Below, one piece after another: positions 36,106 to 48,313 of a stretch of 64,000 nucleotides of DNA (position 1 is its first letter; the number at the start of each line of letters is the position of its first letter). The translations under genes and the position numbers were made by a program. The notes under the pieces are model-generated. The model had not been told where the DNA came from. It worked only from the letters and a program-made list of their open reading frames with translations, and searched no databases. The stretch is from Dipteris shenzhenensis (Eukaryota): assembly GCA_047967505.1 (NCBI GenBank), contig CM106538.1. One strand, 5' to 3'.

Positions 36106-39100
36106 TGTAGGCCATCTTTCGGTGGTTCTAGTGATGCCCTATAGGCCATGGTATGTGCCTTGTAGGCATAAGTGTAGGCACTTATAGTGTTAGTGCCTTC
36201 TATGCCACATAGGACACTTAGTCCTATGTGACACCTAGGACACTTAGTCCTAGGCCTAGATACAAGTACTTTGTACTTGTGTTTTGTAACCTTCTCTATC
36301 AATCTAAGTTTGACATGACTTCTCTTCGACTCACCCTGTACCTGCACTCTCACTCTCTCTCTTCGTTTCGCATCTACAGTGGTATCAGAGCAGGCGTCCA
36401 GCTCCCCAAGTAACAGGTGTATCTGCATTCCCTTCCGTATAGTTGTACGGAAGGCCTGGTATTAGCGATCCGTACCTACAATGGTACCTGCGCATCGAGG
36501 GTCATCGTACTGAAGTCGTGCATCGTAGTACACTTCGCCGTACCTTCAGTGGTACCTGTGTCGTGGCTGTCCGTACTGCATGTAGCTGTTGCATCGTTGT
36601 ACTGAAATCGTGCATCGTCGTACGTTGTATTGAAATTGTACACCCGTACCTGCAGTTCGTCGTTGTACGTACGGTGCAGTGATAGATCCGTCGTACTTCC
36701 GTACCGTACGCCGTTTCGTACCTCCACCGTACAAGGTACCTATGCCGTACGATTGTACCTGTGGAGGAGTACAAGGTACTTTCACCGTACCTTCAGTCGC
36801 CAGCAGTCTGTACCAACTTCCCGTACTACGTACTTTCAGTGGTATTCCGTACAGCTTCATTTGGGTATTCCGTACAGATTCACCACAGGTTCTGTACCTT
36901 TTTCAGCATTGGTTGGAAACAGGTCCTTGGTCTCACTGCAGTCATCTACAGACATTTGCAAATTTGGGGCTTTTGCAGGACATTGGAAAATTTGGGGTTT
37001 TTATTTCCTTTCACCTCCTTTAATTGCAATTTCTTGCAAGAAATTGGAGTTTTGGGATTTGTTCTGCAATTTCTTGTTTAGATTGCAGTACATTGGGTCA
37101 GATTGCAGGACATTTAGTTACATTTGCAAGACATTGAGTCAGATTTGCATACATTGGGTCACATTTGCAAAATTTCAGCAAAATTTGGGGCTTTTCTGAA
37201 TTTGCCCTCTTTTTGGCCTATTTGGGGCTTTTGCCAAATTTGCTGTTTTTTGCAGTGAACATTGCCTGTCACAGTCACATTTGGGTCAGATCTGCATTTG
37301 CCCTTTGATTTGGGTAAGACATTTGCAGATATTTGCTGTCATTTTTGGGACAGCCAGCTTTTTGCAGTGATAGCCTTGAGGCTTTTGGGTTTTCAGGTCT
37401 TTTACAGGTTATCACAGTTGCTATGGCTGGGAACAATCAAGATTTATTTGGAGTTCTTCGTGAAGATGATAAGTTGGATGGCACCACTATCCGATTTGGT
37501 CTTATCTCATGAAACATATTCTTGTTGCAAAGCATTTGTGGAATATTGTTTCTGGGGCTGATTTGAGGCCAGCCAATGCTACAGTGGTTGGTTCTACTGC
37601 TGCACCTTCTGCAGGTGGTACTTCTCCTGATGCCTCTTCCTCTAGCACTCCTGCTGCTGCTCTTCCAACTCAAGAATAGTCAAGATGGGATGCAAGAGAT
37701 GCAAATGCACATTCATGCATTGCTTTATCATGCAAGAGAATCATTATTCCACACATCCGGTCTTGCAGGACAGCAAAGGATGCTTGGGATAAATTGGCTT
37801 CTCTATATCAGATTCGCAATGAAGCTCGTGTTGCATATTTGAGAAGGCAATTACAGGAAGTGAATATGAATGAAGGTGAGTCAATGGATGCATATTTGAC
37901 AAAGGTCAAGGACCTCATGGAACAACTTGCCAACATTGATGAGGTGGTGCCAAATTCACAGCTTGTCAGTACTACATTGAATGGACTACCAGATACATAT
38001 CAAGGGTTTGCTACAACCCTTCGATTAGTGGCCATGGGTAATCCAGACCACTATTCTTTTGATCAGCTTGTTACTTTGCTTTTGCAGGAAGAGCAAAGTA
38101 GAGCTAACAGACAAGCCATTATTCCTGATCATGCATTTGCTTCACAACAGACAGGAAGAAGCAAGGCTTCCAAGCCTATGGGCAAGCCAAAATCTGAGCA
38201 CAGCAGCTGCAATTCCTCTACGCACAGCAGCTGCAATTCCTCCCATGCATCTAAAAATACAGGAGATAAGGGAAAGAAGAAAAGATGCAACTATTGTCGC
38301 AAGCCTGGACATGACATTTCAGAATGCAAGAAGCGCATTGCTTCGGAGAAAAAGAAAGCAGGATTGACAGTTAATGCCTCACATGCCATTGAATCCCATG
38401 AGCCAGCAGATGCTTCACATGCACATGCTCTTCAGGATGATTGGGCATGGGCTGTCCATTGCTCATTTGATCCCTCCAAAGCTGATGCACTCTTTGCTGC
38501 TAATGATGCTCAGTCTTGGTACTTTGATAGTGGAGCTTCCAAGCATGTCACATCTTGCAGACAGTTGTTTCATTCTCTAGCTGATGCACCTCGAGGGGGG
38601 ATTGTTACATGTGCCAATAATGCTTCATATGCTGTAAAATGAGTTGGAGATGTGCAGCTCACATCCATTTCCAGCCATCCTGTCACTCTGACAAATGTTC
38701 TTTTTGTGCCTGGAATTGAAGTCAACTTGATTTCAATTTCAGCAATTGCTACTTCAGGTTTCAGAGTAATTTTTTATGGCTACAGATGCCTAGTATATGA
38801 TCTTTGTGATGACAATGCCATAGTTCTCACTGGCACTTTGCAATGAGGGCTTTATCACCTTGATCATCATTCAGCTGCACTTTCTACTGAAGCATTAGCT
38901 ATTTCAGATTCACAGCTTGCTGAAACTCATCTTTGGCATGAGAGAATGGGCCATCTCAATTATAGAGCTCTTGCAAAGCTACATTCACAGCAGATGGCAA
39001 ATGATGTACTCCAGACTCACACAGTTTCTAAACATGTGTGTGAGGGTTGTCTTTTGGGTAAGATGCATCGACGATTTCCTTTTCAAAAGAATTGTCCAAA

Positions 39101-42100
39101 ACTCTCACAAAGGAAATTGCAGCTAGTACACAGTGATGTCTGTGGCCCAATGAGGATAAATGCCATTGGAGGATACAAGTATTTCATGACTCTCATTGAT
39201 GATTTCACAAGGTATTGCTGGGTATATCCTTTGAAGGCCAAATCTGAAGTTTTCTTATGCTTTCAGAGCTTGCTGAATATGGTTGAAAATGAATCAGGAT
39301 GCAAGCTTGTCACCCTCAACACAGATAGGGGGGGTGAGTATATGTCAAAGGAGTTTGATGCATTTCTATCCTCACTGTTAGAATTATAGATATAATTCAG
39401 CAGTGGCCAGTGTAATTTAATAAGCTAGTTAGGGGCACTTTTCCCTCTTTAAGAGGTTTTTCCCCCCTAACCGCAGTTAGTTCACTAACTATGGTTAGTG
39501 ATTACTAAGGTTTTGTCACTAGGACAAAACCTTATCTCTCACTCATTGAGTTGTACTCTTCACACTCTTCTATTGCAACTCAGCTTCCAAGCTTTCAGCT
39601 CTCCAGCTCTCACTCTCCATCTTCTCACATTTGGTATCAGAGCATTTGATCCAGCTCCTTGCTTCTTCCTCGTTCAGCTCCAGCCTACAACCCACGCTCC
39701 TGCTGCTACACCTTGCCCGTACAGTCCGTACGACTGTACGGAATTCGTACTTCATCTCTGCCCGTCCGTACCCTGTCGTACTGTACCCGCCGTACAGATC
39801 TGCAACACACAGGTCGTGGTACATCGCGTCCGTACAAGTGCCGTGGTCGTCATACATCGTGTCCGTACAAGTGCCGTACAGTCAGTTGCCAGATTGTACG
39901 GTTCGCCGTACAGTTCCGTACCTGTACATACAGCTCGTTGCCACTAGCCGTACAGTTTGGTATCACCGTCCGTACCAGCACATACCTTCTCCGTACTGTC
40001 ATTAGTACTCCGTACTTCCGTACAGTACTTCTGTACTGGTTCTGCTTTCGTACAGCAGGTAATCCTCCGTACAATCTCTGATTCCATATAGGAGAAACTC
40101 GCAGGTGATCTTTGGCAGGCACATTTTGCAGACAACCATTGTTTGGCTCAGTTTTTTGGGAGTACATTTGGGGCGTTTTATTTGTTGCAGACATTGCAAT
40201 CATTTTGTAGTTTCGGAGCTACACTTGGAGCAAACATTGCAGATTTGGTGTGAAATTTGGGGCTTTCTGCTGAAATTACAAAATTTGGGGCTTTTTGTAC
40301 TTCTGCCCCTTTCTGGTTGCAATTTGAAGCTCGAAATTTGGGGCTTTCAGTTTTGCAGTACAATTTCTTGAAGAAATTTGGGGATTTTGTAATTACACTG
40401 CAATCTCGCAGTGAAATTTGGGGCTTTTGCAGACAGAGCGTAATTCTTGCAACATTTGGGGCTTTTGATCAATTTGCCCCTTTCCGGTTGCAATTTCAGG
40501 CCTATTTTGGGGCTTTTGTGTTGGGAGAGCAATTTTCGGAGTTTTCAGTTCATACTGCCTTTCTTGAAGTGTTTTGCAGCACTTTTGGGAGATTCTGGAG
40601 AGTTTTTGATGCTTGGACAGTCGTGCACAGGGGGCAGCTGCAGAACAAGTTGGTGGTGCAGCTATAGCCACTACTCCAGATCAGAAGAGATGGGATTCAC
40701 GAGATGCCTTAGCTTTGTCATGCATCTCTCTTTCAGTGAAAAGATTTATCATTCCGCATATCCGGTCGTGTAAGACCTCTGAGGCAGCGTGGGATATTTT
40801 AGAAAGCATGTATGCAGCCCGGAATGATGCAAGGGTATCTTTCTTGAAAAGAGAGTTAAGTAATACACATATGGAAGAGGGTGACTCCATGTCAGTCCAC
40901 CTCACAAAGCTACAGGATCTCAGAGAGCAATTGTTAAACATAGATGAAATTATTCTTGATTCAGAGATGATTACAACCACTCTGAATTCTCTTCCTGAGT
41001 CTTATCTCAGCTTTCATACCTCGCTGAACTTATCATTGAGGGGGGGTGCAAATCCTCTCCCTTTTCATGAGTTGATAGGACTTCTGCTTCAGGAAGAGCA
41101 GACCAAGAAAAACTTGGCTTCACGTGCAGGTGAACAAGCCATGCTCTCAAAGTTTAAATAAAAAACAAAGGGACGGGCAAAGACATCAGTAAATCAGCCT
41201 TCCAGTGGGTGAGGACAGCCTTCACAAAAGGCTAAAAATGATGCAAGTAAGCCCAAGAAGAAGGGTTTTTGTCACTACTGCAAAAAGCCAGGTCATCACA
41301 TAGCAAAAAGCCAGGGTGCAAAAACAGTCCCAAACTGGCTGTTATAGACTCTCAGGGAGAGTAAAATTGATGCTCCGTTACCTGGCAGGACTCGCAGTGC
41401 AGCAAGGCACATGGAAGGTGCTAATTCAGTGGAATCAGCATATGCAGGTACTCTTCTTGATGAGGAGGAGCCTGCCACATTCGAAGAGGCAAAGGACAAT
41501 GTGCATTGGATGAATGCCATGCATGATGAGTTGCAGTCCATTGAAAAAAATCAGACTGGGGACGTTGTAGACTTGCCACTAGGTAAACATGCCATTGGCA
41601 CACGCTGGGTTTGCAAGGTCAAATGGAAGCCAGATGGCTGCATTGACAGATATAAGGCAAGGCTGGTTGCTAAAGGCTATGCTCAGAAAAAGGGCATAGA
41701 TTATGAGGAGACATTCGCTCCTACATCCCGGATGACCACCATCCGATCAGTTATTGCAATGGCTGCACATTTTGAGTGGAATGTTCATCAGTTGGACATA
41801 AAAACAGCCTTCTTAAATGGGGACTTGCTGGAAGAGGTGTATGTCAAACAATTTCCAGGCTTTGAAATTACAGCAAATGCACTTCAAGTATGCAAGCTCA
41901 ACAAAGCTTTATATGGGCTGAAACAGGCCCCTCGTGCATGGTATGCCAAGATCCATGCCTTTTTTACCAGCAAGGGGCTGCACAATAGTCCTACTGAGAG
42001 CACCCTCTACATCAAGATGGATGGGGGGGGGAAATTTTAGTCATCCTTCTTTATGTCGATGACTTACTGCTCACAGGGTCCAATGAAGACAAAATTGCAG

Positions 42101-45100
42101 ATTTCAAAGCTGATTTGCAGACCAACTTTGACATGTCAGATTTGGGGCTGCTTCACTTTTATTTGGGGATTCAGTTCTCTCATGAGAGACGTGGCACTGT
42201 TATGTCTCAGTCCAAGTATGTGCAGAGGACAGATTTAACATGCATGATTCTAAGCCCATAGCCACTCCCATGGAGCCGGGGCTGAAACTCACAATGCATG
42301 ATGTAGGAGAATTAGTTGATGCCACACTTTACAGTCAGGCTGTTGGATGCCTCATACATCTCTGCAACACTAGACCCGATATTCAGTTTGCAGTATCTCA
42401 GGTGAGCAGGTACATGCACACCCCAAAAACTATGCATTGGCAGGCAGTTAAGCGCATCTTCCGTTATTTGCAGGGCACGAAGTCTTTTGGCTTGCTATTT
42501 CCCAGGGGGGGTGACTTGCATATGCATGTCTACAGTGATTCAGATTGGGCTGGTGATTATGACACTAGGCAGTCCACTAGTGGCAATTGTTTCTTTTTGG
42601 GTAAATCTTGCATTTCCTGGCTGAGTAAGAAACAATCTACAGTGGCTACCTCATCCTGTGAAGCTGAGTATAGGGCAGCTTTCACAGCAACAGTTGAATG
42701 TGTCTGGCTGCGACGTCTATTTGCTGATCTTCATCTGTCTTTGGAGGGTCCTTCTCCAATTCTCACTGATAGTCAGAGTGCCATTGCAGTGGCAAAGAAT
42801 CCAGTGTTTCATGCTCGCACGAAGCACATTGAGGTTCACTATCACTACGTCAGAGAGAAGTTGCATGCAGGAGAGATCAGTATGATCTTTGTGTCCACAC
42901 ATGACAATGTTGCAGATATTTTCACCAAAGCACTACCACGTGAAAAGTTTGAGGCATTTCGCAGTGCCCTGAACTTATATCCGTTTGGTGATTGATCAGC
43001 CTTGTACATGACATTGGCACTGCAGGGGGGTGTTAGAATTATAGATATAATTCAGCAGCGACCAATGTAATTTAATAAGCTAGTTAGGGGCACTTTTCCC
43101 TCTTTAAGAGGTTTTTTCCCCTAACCACAGTTAGTTCACTAACTATGGTTAGTGACTACTAAGGTTTTGTCACTAGGACAAAACCTTATCTCTCACTCAT
43201 TGAGTTGTACTCTTCACACTCTTCTATTGCAACTCAGCTTCCAAGCTTTCAGCTCTCCAGCTCTCACTCTCTTGCTCTCTCTCACTCTCCATCTTCTCAC
43301 ACTCACGGGGCATTATTCACTCATGCACTACTCCTTATACTCCTTAGCAGAATCCTGTTTCTGAAAGGAAAAATAGGTCCTCAATGGAGATGGCCAGATG
43401 CATGCTTAAGGCCAAGTCTTTGCCCAATAAATTTTGGCTTGATGCAGTAATGTGTGCCAACTATGTGCTGAATAGATCACCTACACGGGCATTAAAGACT
43501 ATTACACCTTATGAAGCATGGAAAGGCAGGAAGCCTTCACTTTCACACATGAAAGTTTTTGGGTCTCTTGCATATGCTCATGTACCACCTCAGCTGAGAC
43601 ATAAGCTTGATGACAAGGCAATCAAATGCATATTCATTGGTTACAGCCAGGAGAGCAGAGGGTATTGGTTATATCAACCAAATACTGGGAAGATTATTGT
43701 CAGTAGAGATGTGATCTTTGCTGAACATTCAGCTTCTCCTCTTGTGGACTGCAAAGCAAAGCCAGATATTGACATGTTTGATGCCTTTGAATCTTGGTTA
43801 CCTCTGCCATCATCAGAAGAGGATTTTGAGCAGCAACATGAGCCTCCTACAGGCCCTCCACTAAGCAATAATCAGCCCCAACCTCATGCTGATTTGCAGG
43901 TTTCTCTTCCGGCACAAAATGATCCCACCACTCATGATGCAGTCATTGAAGAAAGAGCTGTCAATAGACAGCAAAGGCAAGTTCCCAGATGGCTTCTTGA
44001 CACATTGAGGGACAGGAAACAAGATCAGCCTTTTGCTGCCCGGACAAGATCAGGGAATAGACAGCATGGTCACTTTCTTGAGTTTGCACTCCTTGCTACA
44101 GCTTGCAATGAAGAGCCTTTGTGCCATAAAGATGCTTTTGACAGCAAAGAGTGGATGGATGCAATGAAAGCTGAGTTACAATCTATTGCCAAAAATGACA
44201 CTTGGGAATTAGTAGATCTCCTACTTGGCAAGCATGCCATTGGAACACGGTGGGTCTACAAATTAAAAAGGAAATTTGATGGCAGCATAGATTGATACAA
44301 AGCTTGTCTTGTTGCAAAAGGGTATGCCCGACAACAAGGCATTGACTTTGAGGAGACATTTGCTCCCACATCCAGGATTACTACCATTCGATGTGTCATT
44401 GCCATTGCAGCCCATCATCATTCGCAAGTGCACCAACTTGACATCAAGACTGCCTTTCTTCATGGGGATCTGCAGGAAGAAGTCTATGTCACACAACCTC
44501 CTGGCTTTGAGGATGTTAATTCTGAAAATAAGGTATGCCGGCTTAGAAAAGCCCTTTATGGTTTGAAGCAGGCACCCAGGGCATGGTATGCCAAAATTCA
44601 TGCACACTTACTATCCCTTGGTTTTTAGAATAGTCCCACAGAACCCACTCTTTATTTCCGTGGGAGTGGATCTGATTTTTTAGTGCTGATTTTATATGTG
44701 GATGATATGCTTATCACGGGCCCAGATACTCAACAAATTGCAGCATTCAAGGCTGATTTGCAGCCGAATTTTGACATGTCAGACATGGGACAGCTCCATT
44801 ATTATTTGGGCATTCAGTTTGCTCATGTTGAGGGGGGTATCATGATGTCTCAGTCCAAGTATATTGGACAGCTCCTTGATTGTTTTCAGTTTGAGGATTG
44901 CAAGCCAATCTCTACTCCAGTGGACCCTGGCTTCAAATTCTCAGCTCATGATGGGAGCCCACCATGTGATATCACTCTTTATCAGCAGGCTGTTGGATGC
45001 CTTATTTATTTATGTCACACCAGACCTGACTTGCAGTATGCAGTATCTCAGCTCAGCAGATTCATGCACATGCCCAGTTCACAGCATTGGCAGGCAATGA

Positions 45101-46046
45101 AGAGAGTCTTCAGATATCTCAGAGGCACTCAGGATTTAGCCCTCTTCTATGGTGATCAGGGTTCACTTACCATGCATGCTTACATGGATAGTGACTGGGC
45201 AGGATGTTTTGACACCAGAGTGTCACATAGTGGCAATTGTTTTTTGCTTGGCAATTCATGTATTTCTTGGCTCAGCAAGAAGCAACCGACAGTTGCCACG
45301 TCTAGTTGTGAGGCTGAGTATAGGGCAGCCTTCACCGCTACAGTAGAGTGTGTTTGGCTTTGACAGTTACTTACAGATCTTGGTATTTGCCAGACATCCT
45401 CCACTATTATCTACACTAACAACCAGAGTGCTTTGGCCATTGCGCGTAACCCAGTGTTTCATGCGCGTACCAAGCACATTGAAGTTCACTATCATTATGT
45501 TCGGGAGCGGTTGTCAGCAAGAGACATAGAGTTGTCCTATCTTCCCACAGAGGACAACATCGCAGATATGTTTACAAAGGCACTTCCTCGTCCTAAGTTC
45601 GAAGTCTTCCGACAGGCTTTACACTTGGTTCCCTTTGTTACATGATCTGACATTCCTTGTACATTCATAGGTGGCTATATCCTTTTGGATGAACATGTGC
45701 CACCATGATCAGAAACTACTGGGTATTCTGAGACGTTTCCAGAGTACTTCAGCCCATCCCATGGAGGGGGGTTTGTAGGCCATCTTTTGGTGGTTCTAGT
45801 GATGCCCTATAGGCCATGGTATGTGCCTTGTAGGCATAAGTGCAGGCACTTATAGTGTTAGTGCCTTCTATGCCACATAGGACACTTAGTCCTATGTGAC
45901 ACCTAGGACACTTAGTCCTAGGCCTAGATACAAGTACTTTGTACTTGTGTTTTGCAACCTTATCTATCAATCTAAGTTTGACGTGACTTCTCTTCGACTC
46001 GTCCTGTACCTGCACTCTCACTCTCTCTCTTCGTTTCGCATCTACA
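36106..46046 (+). mobile_element. Ty1/copia element C, full length, inserted in the 3' LTR of B
   Basis: TSD TTCTT at 36101-36105 and 46047-46051; 273-bp LTRs at 36106-36378 and 45774-46046 (about 7 differences); PBS 36380-36391; PPT before 45774; disrupted gag-pol about 37423-45645. Confidence 0.97.
39376..43301 (+). mobile_element. Ty1/copia element D, internally deleted (no PR or INT), inserted in the integrase of C
   Basis: TSD CTCAC at 39371-39375 and 43302-43306; LTRs 39376-39629 and 43031-43301; PBS 39632-39643; PPT 43022-43030; gag Zn knuckle joined to the pre-RT linker near 41310; RT-RH to 42995. Confidence 0.95.
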
Positions 46047-47919
46047 TTCTTTATAACTTCGGTAATACAAGTTCAGCAGCACGCTTTGCTTCTTGCCTCC
46101 GTCTCCTGTTGCTTCCGTTGTTCACTCCACCCACATGAATGAGGCCCTCCGTAAGTGAGTCTGGCATCTCACCCGAGTCCCATACACCCTGCAGGGCTGA
46201 AGTAATGTGATCCTTAATTTGATCCCAAAAAGTAATAAAAAATAAGGGGGTAAGTCCATCTGAACCAGGACACTTGGCCTTGTGAAGGGCAGAGAGAGAA
46301 ATCCTGAACTCTACGTTGGTGAAGGGTGCATTAAGTGAGACAGTCATATCCTCTGTCACCAACCCAGGTAAGGGTTGCTAAATAACTACTCTAGCATCAT
46401 CTGTGGCCTAAGTGTCAGGATCTATTGTAAGAGGGAGGCATAGAAATTGGTGGCAACCTACAAGACGGCATCTAGATATGTTTGAAGAACTCCACCTGAG
46501 TCAATAACCTGTGAGACACTCTCCTTATTATGTCTGGGGCCAAGAGTAGAGAAGAACTGCTTGTTGACCCTATTTCCCGCCTGAGTCCAAAATGACTCTC
46601 GGGCATGAAAGGCATACTCTGCTCTCTGATCTAAAAGTGACTGCTGCTGGGCCCTTGTTGCGGCAAGGCGCTCCTGAAGCCAAGATTTTGTAGGCCTCTT
46701 CTGCTCCTCTCTTTGGAGGGCATCCAACTGCTGCTGCATAGCTATCTCATGCATGAGGATCTCACCCCTCCTGATACGAGCAACTGAAAGATAAAAGTCG
46801 ATAATATCATAGGGCTTCGACTAAATCTGACGGAGAAAGCTACCCATCCTGCATATGAGATATCCATGTCCTCAACACTATCTCTGTAAGGCCCTCCTCT
46901 GCATAAAAGGCATATGGAATCCTAACACTGGAAGAGCGGCCCTTCACATGAGGATCTGAAACCATCAGATTCACTGGAAAATGATCCGAAATGGACACCC
47001 CAGCTGCAATGTGAACAGTACCACCTTTCTCAAGAGCTCAATCATCCACATAAAATTTGTCAATCCGTGCGTGGATAGGCATCTACAATCTCTTGTTCGA
47101 CCAAGAAAATAGGAGAGAAAGTGGCTGAGTGTGAAAAGCATCATCGTACCAAGCATCCCTGCCATTGTACTAAAAAAGGAAGGCATCCCAAGTAGCTCTC
47201 TCTAGGGAGTGAATACCACCTTCCCTACCACCGTTTGTGTGAGGGCATTTCAACCATGTTGAAATTGCCCCCTATAGTCCAAGCATCTGCAATGTGTGAC
47301 CAAGAGAGTAGTTCCTTCCAAAGAAGGACACGATTCCCTCTAGAATTGGGAGCATAAAGGTTTAAAAGACCAACCTTATGCCCACCAATCAAAAGTATAA
47401 TCCACTGAGCTCTGGAAGGGACTATGATCCCATGTCCGATCACCAAGGGGAGTATAGAAGAAGAAACAGAGATGCAAGTACCTCCCCTGGTGCCCAAGGC
47501 GGGTGCCAAGAAAATATGGCCTGAAAGAAGCTTACCCGACTTGGCACAATGCTTGACATCCAATTTGTGTTCCTAAATCATCAGAATAGCCATGGGTTCC
47601 CTAGTTACACCTGGTTGAAGTTGGTTACGAATCAGCTGCCTATGGTGGCGGTGAGGTACACCCTTGAGGTCCTAAATGTTCCAACTGACAATCCTCATCT
47701 GCGAGAGGAGGAGGCCGGATGGAAGATCCTTACCGACCTAGTAGCGGAGAAAGCCCTCTCTTGCGAAAAGTTCCTCCTATCAAGAGGAGGGAAATCAACC
47801 GGGGATAGCACACCCACACCTGTTGAGTGGGAAAATCTATCCACGGATGTTTAAAAGATGTGCTCCCCGAGTGTAGAGAATAAAAACTTCTCCTCTGCCT
47901 CAAACTCAGCCAAATCTGC

Positions 47920-48313
47920 CAGAATGGAAAAAGAATTCCTTCGACGTACCTCTGGCGCAGGAGTGCGAAGGAGCCTTGCGGAAGGAGGAGTGGAGCCAAT
48001 AACCCCCTTACCTCTGTCGAATGTAGACAGACGTGCAGGAGAGGGAGGGGGGTGCTGCACTCGGCATGCTGCATGGCCTCGGCATGAATGTTCATGGCCT
48101 CAGCCACGACTTTGGCAGAATGGAAAAAGAATTCCTTCGACGTACCTCTGGCGCAGGAGTGCGAAGGAGCCTTGCGGAAGGAGGAGTGGAGCCAATAACC
48201 CCCTTACCTCTGTCGAATGTAGACAGACGTGCAGGAGAGGGAGGGGGGTGCTGCACTCGGCATGCTGCATGGCCTCGGCATGAATGTTCATGGCCTCAGC
48301 CACGACTTTGGCA
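47920..48313. repeat. 196-bp tandem duplication in L1 ORF1
   Basis: 47920-48115 recurs at 48116-48311 with no mismatch seen by eye. Confidence 0.9.

Larger units (their letters stand above)
30160..46135 (+). mobile_element. Ty1/copia element B, full length, 3' LTR split by copia C
   Basis: TSD TGAAT at 30155-30159 and 46136-46140; 5' LTR 30160-30424; PBS 30426-30437; PPT 35916-35923; 3' LTR 35926-36105 plus 46052-46135. Confidence 0.97.

Noticed and set aside
36417-37199. Many overlapping ORFs in copia leaders (also 39498-40203) as extra or antisense genes
   Set aside because: Open in several frames because of the GTAC-rich composition; no protein similarity recognised between the C and D versions.
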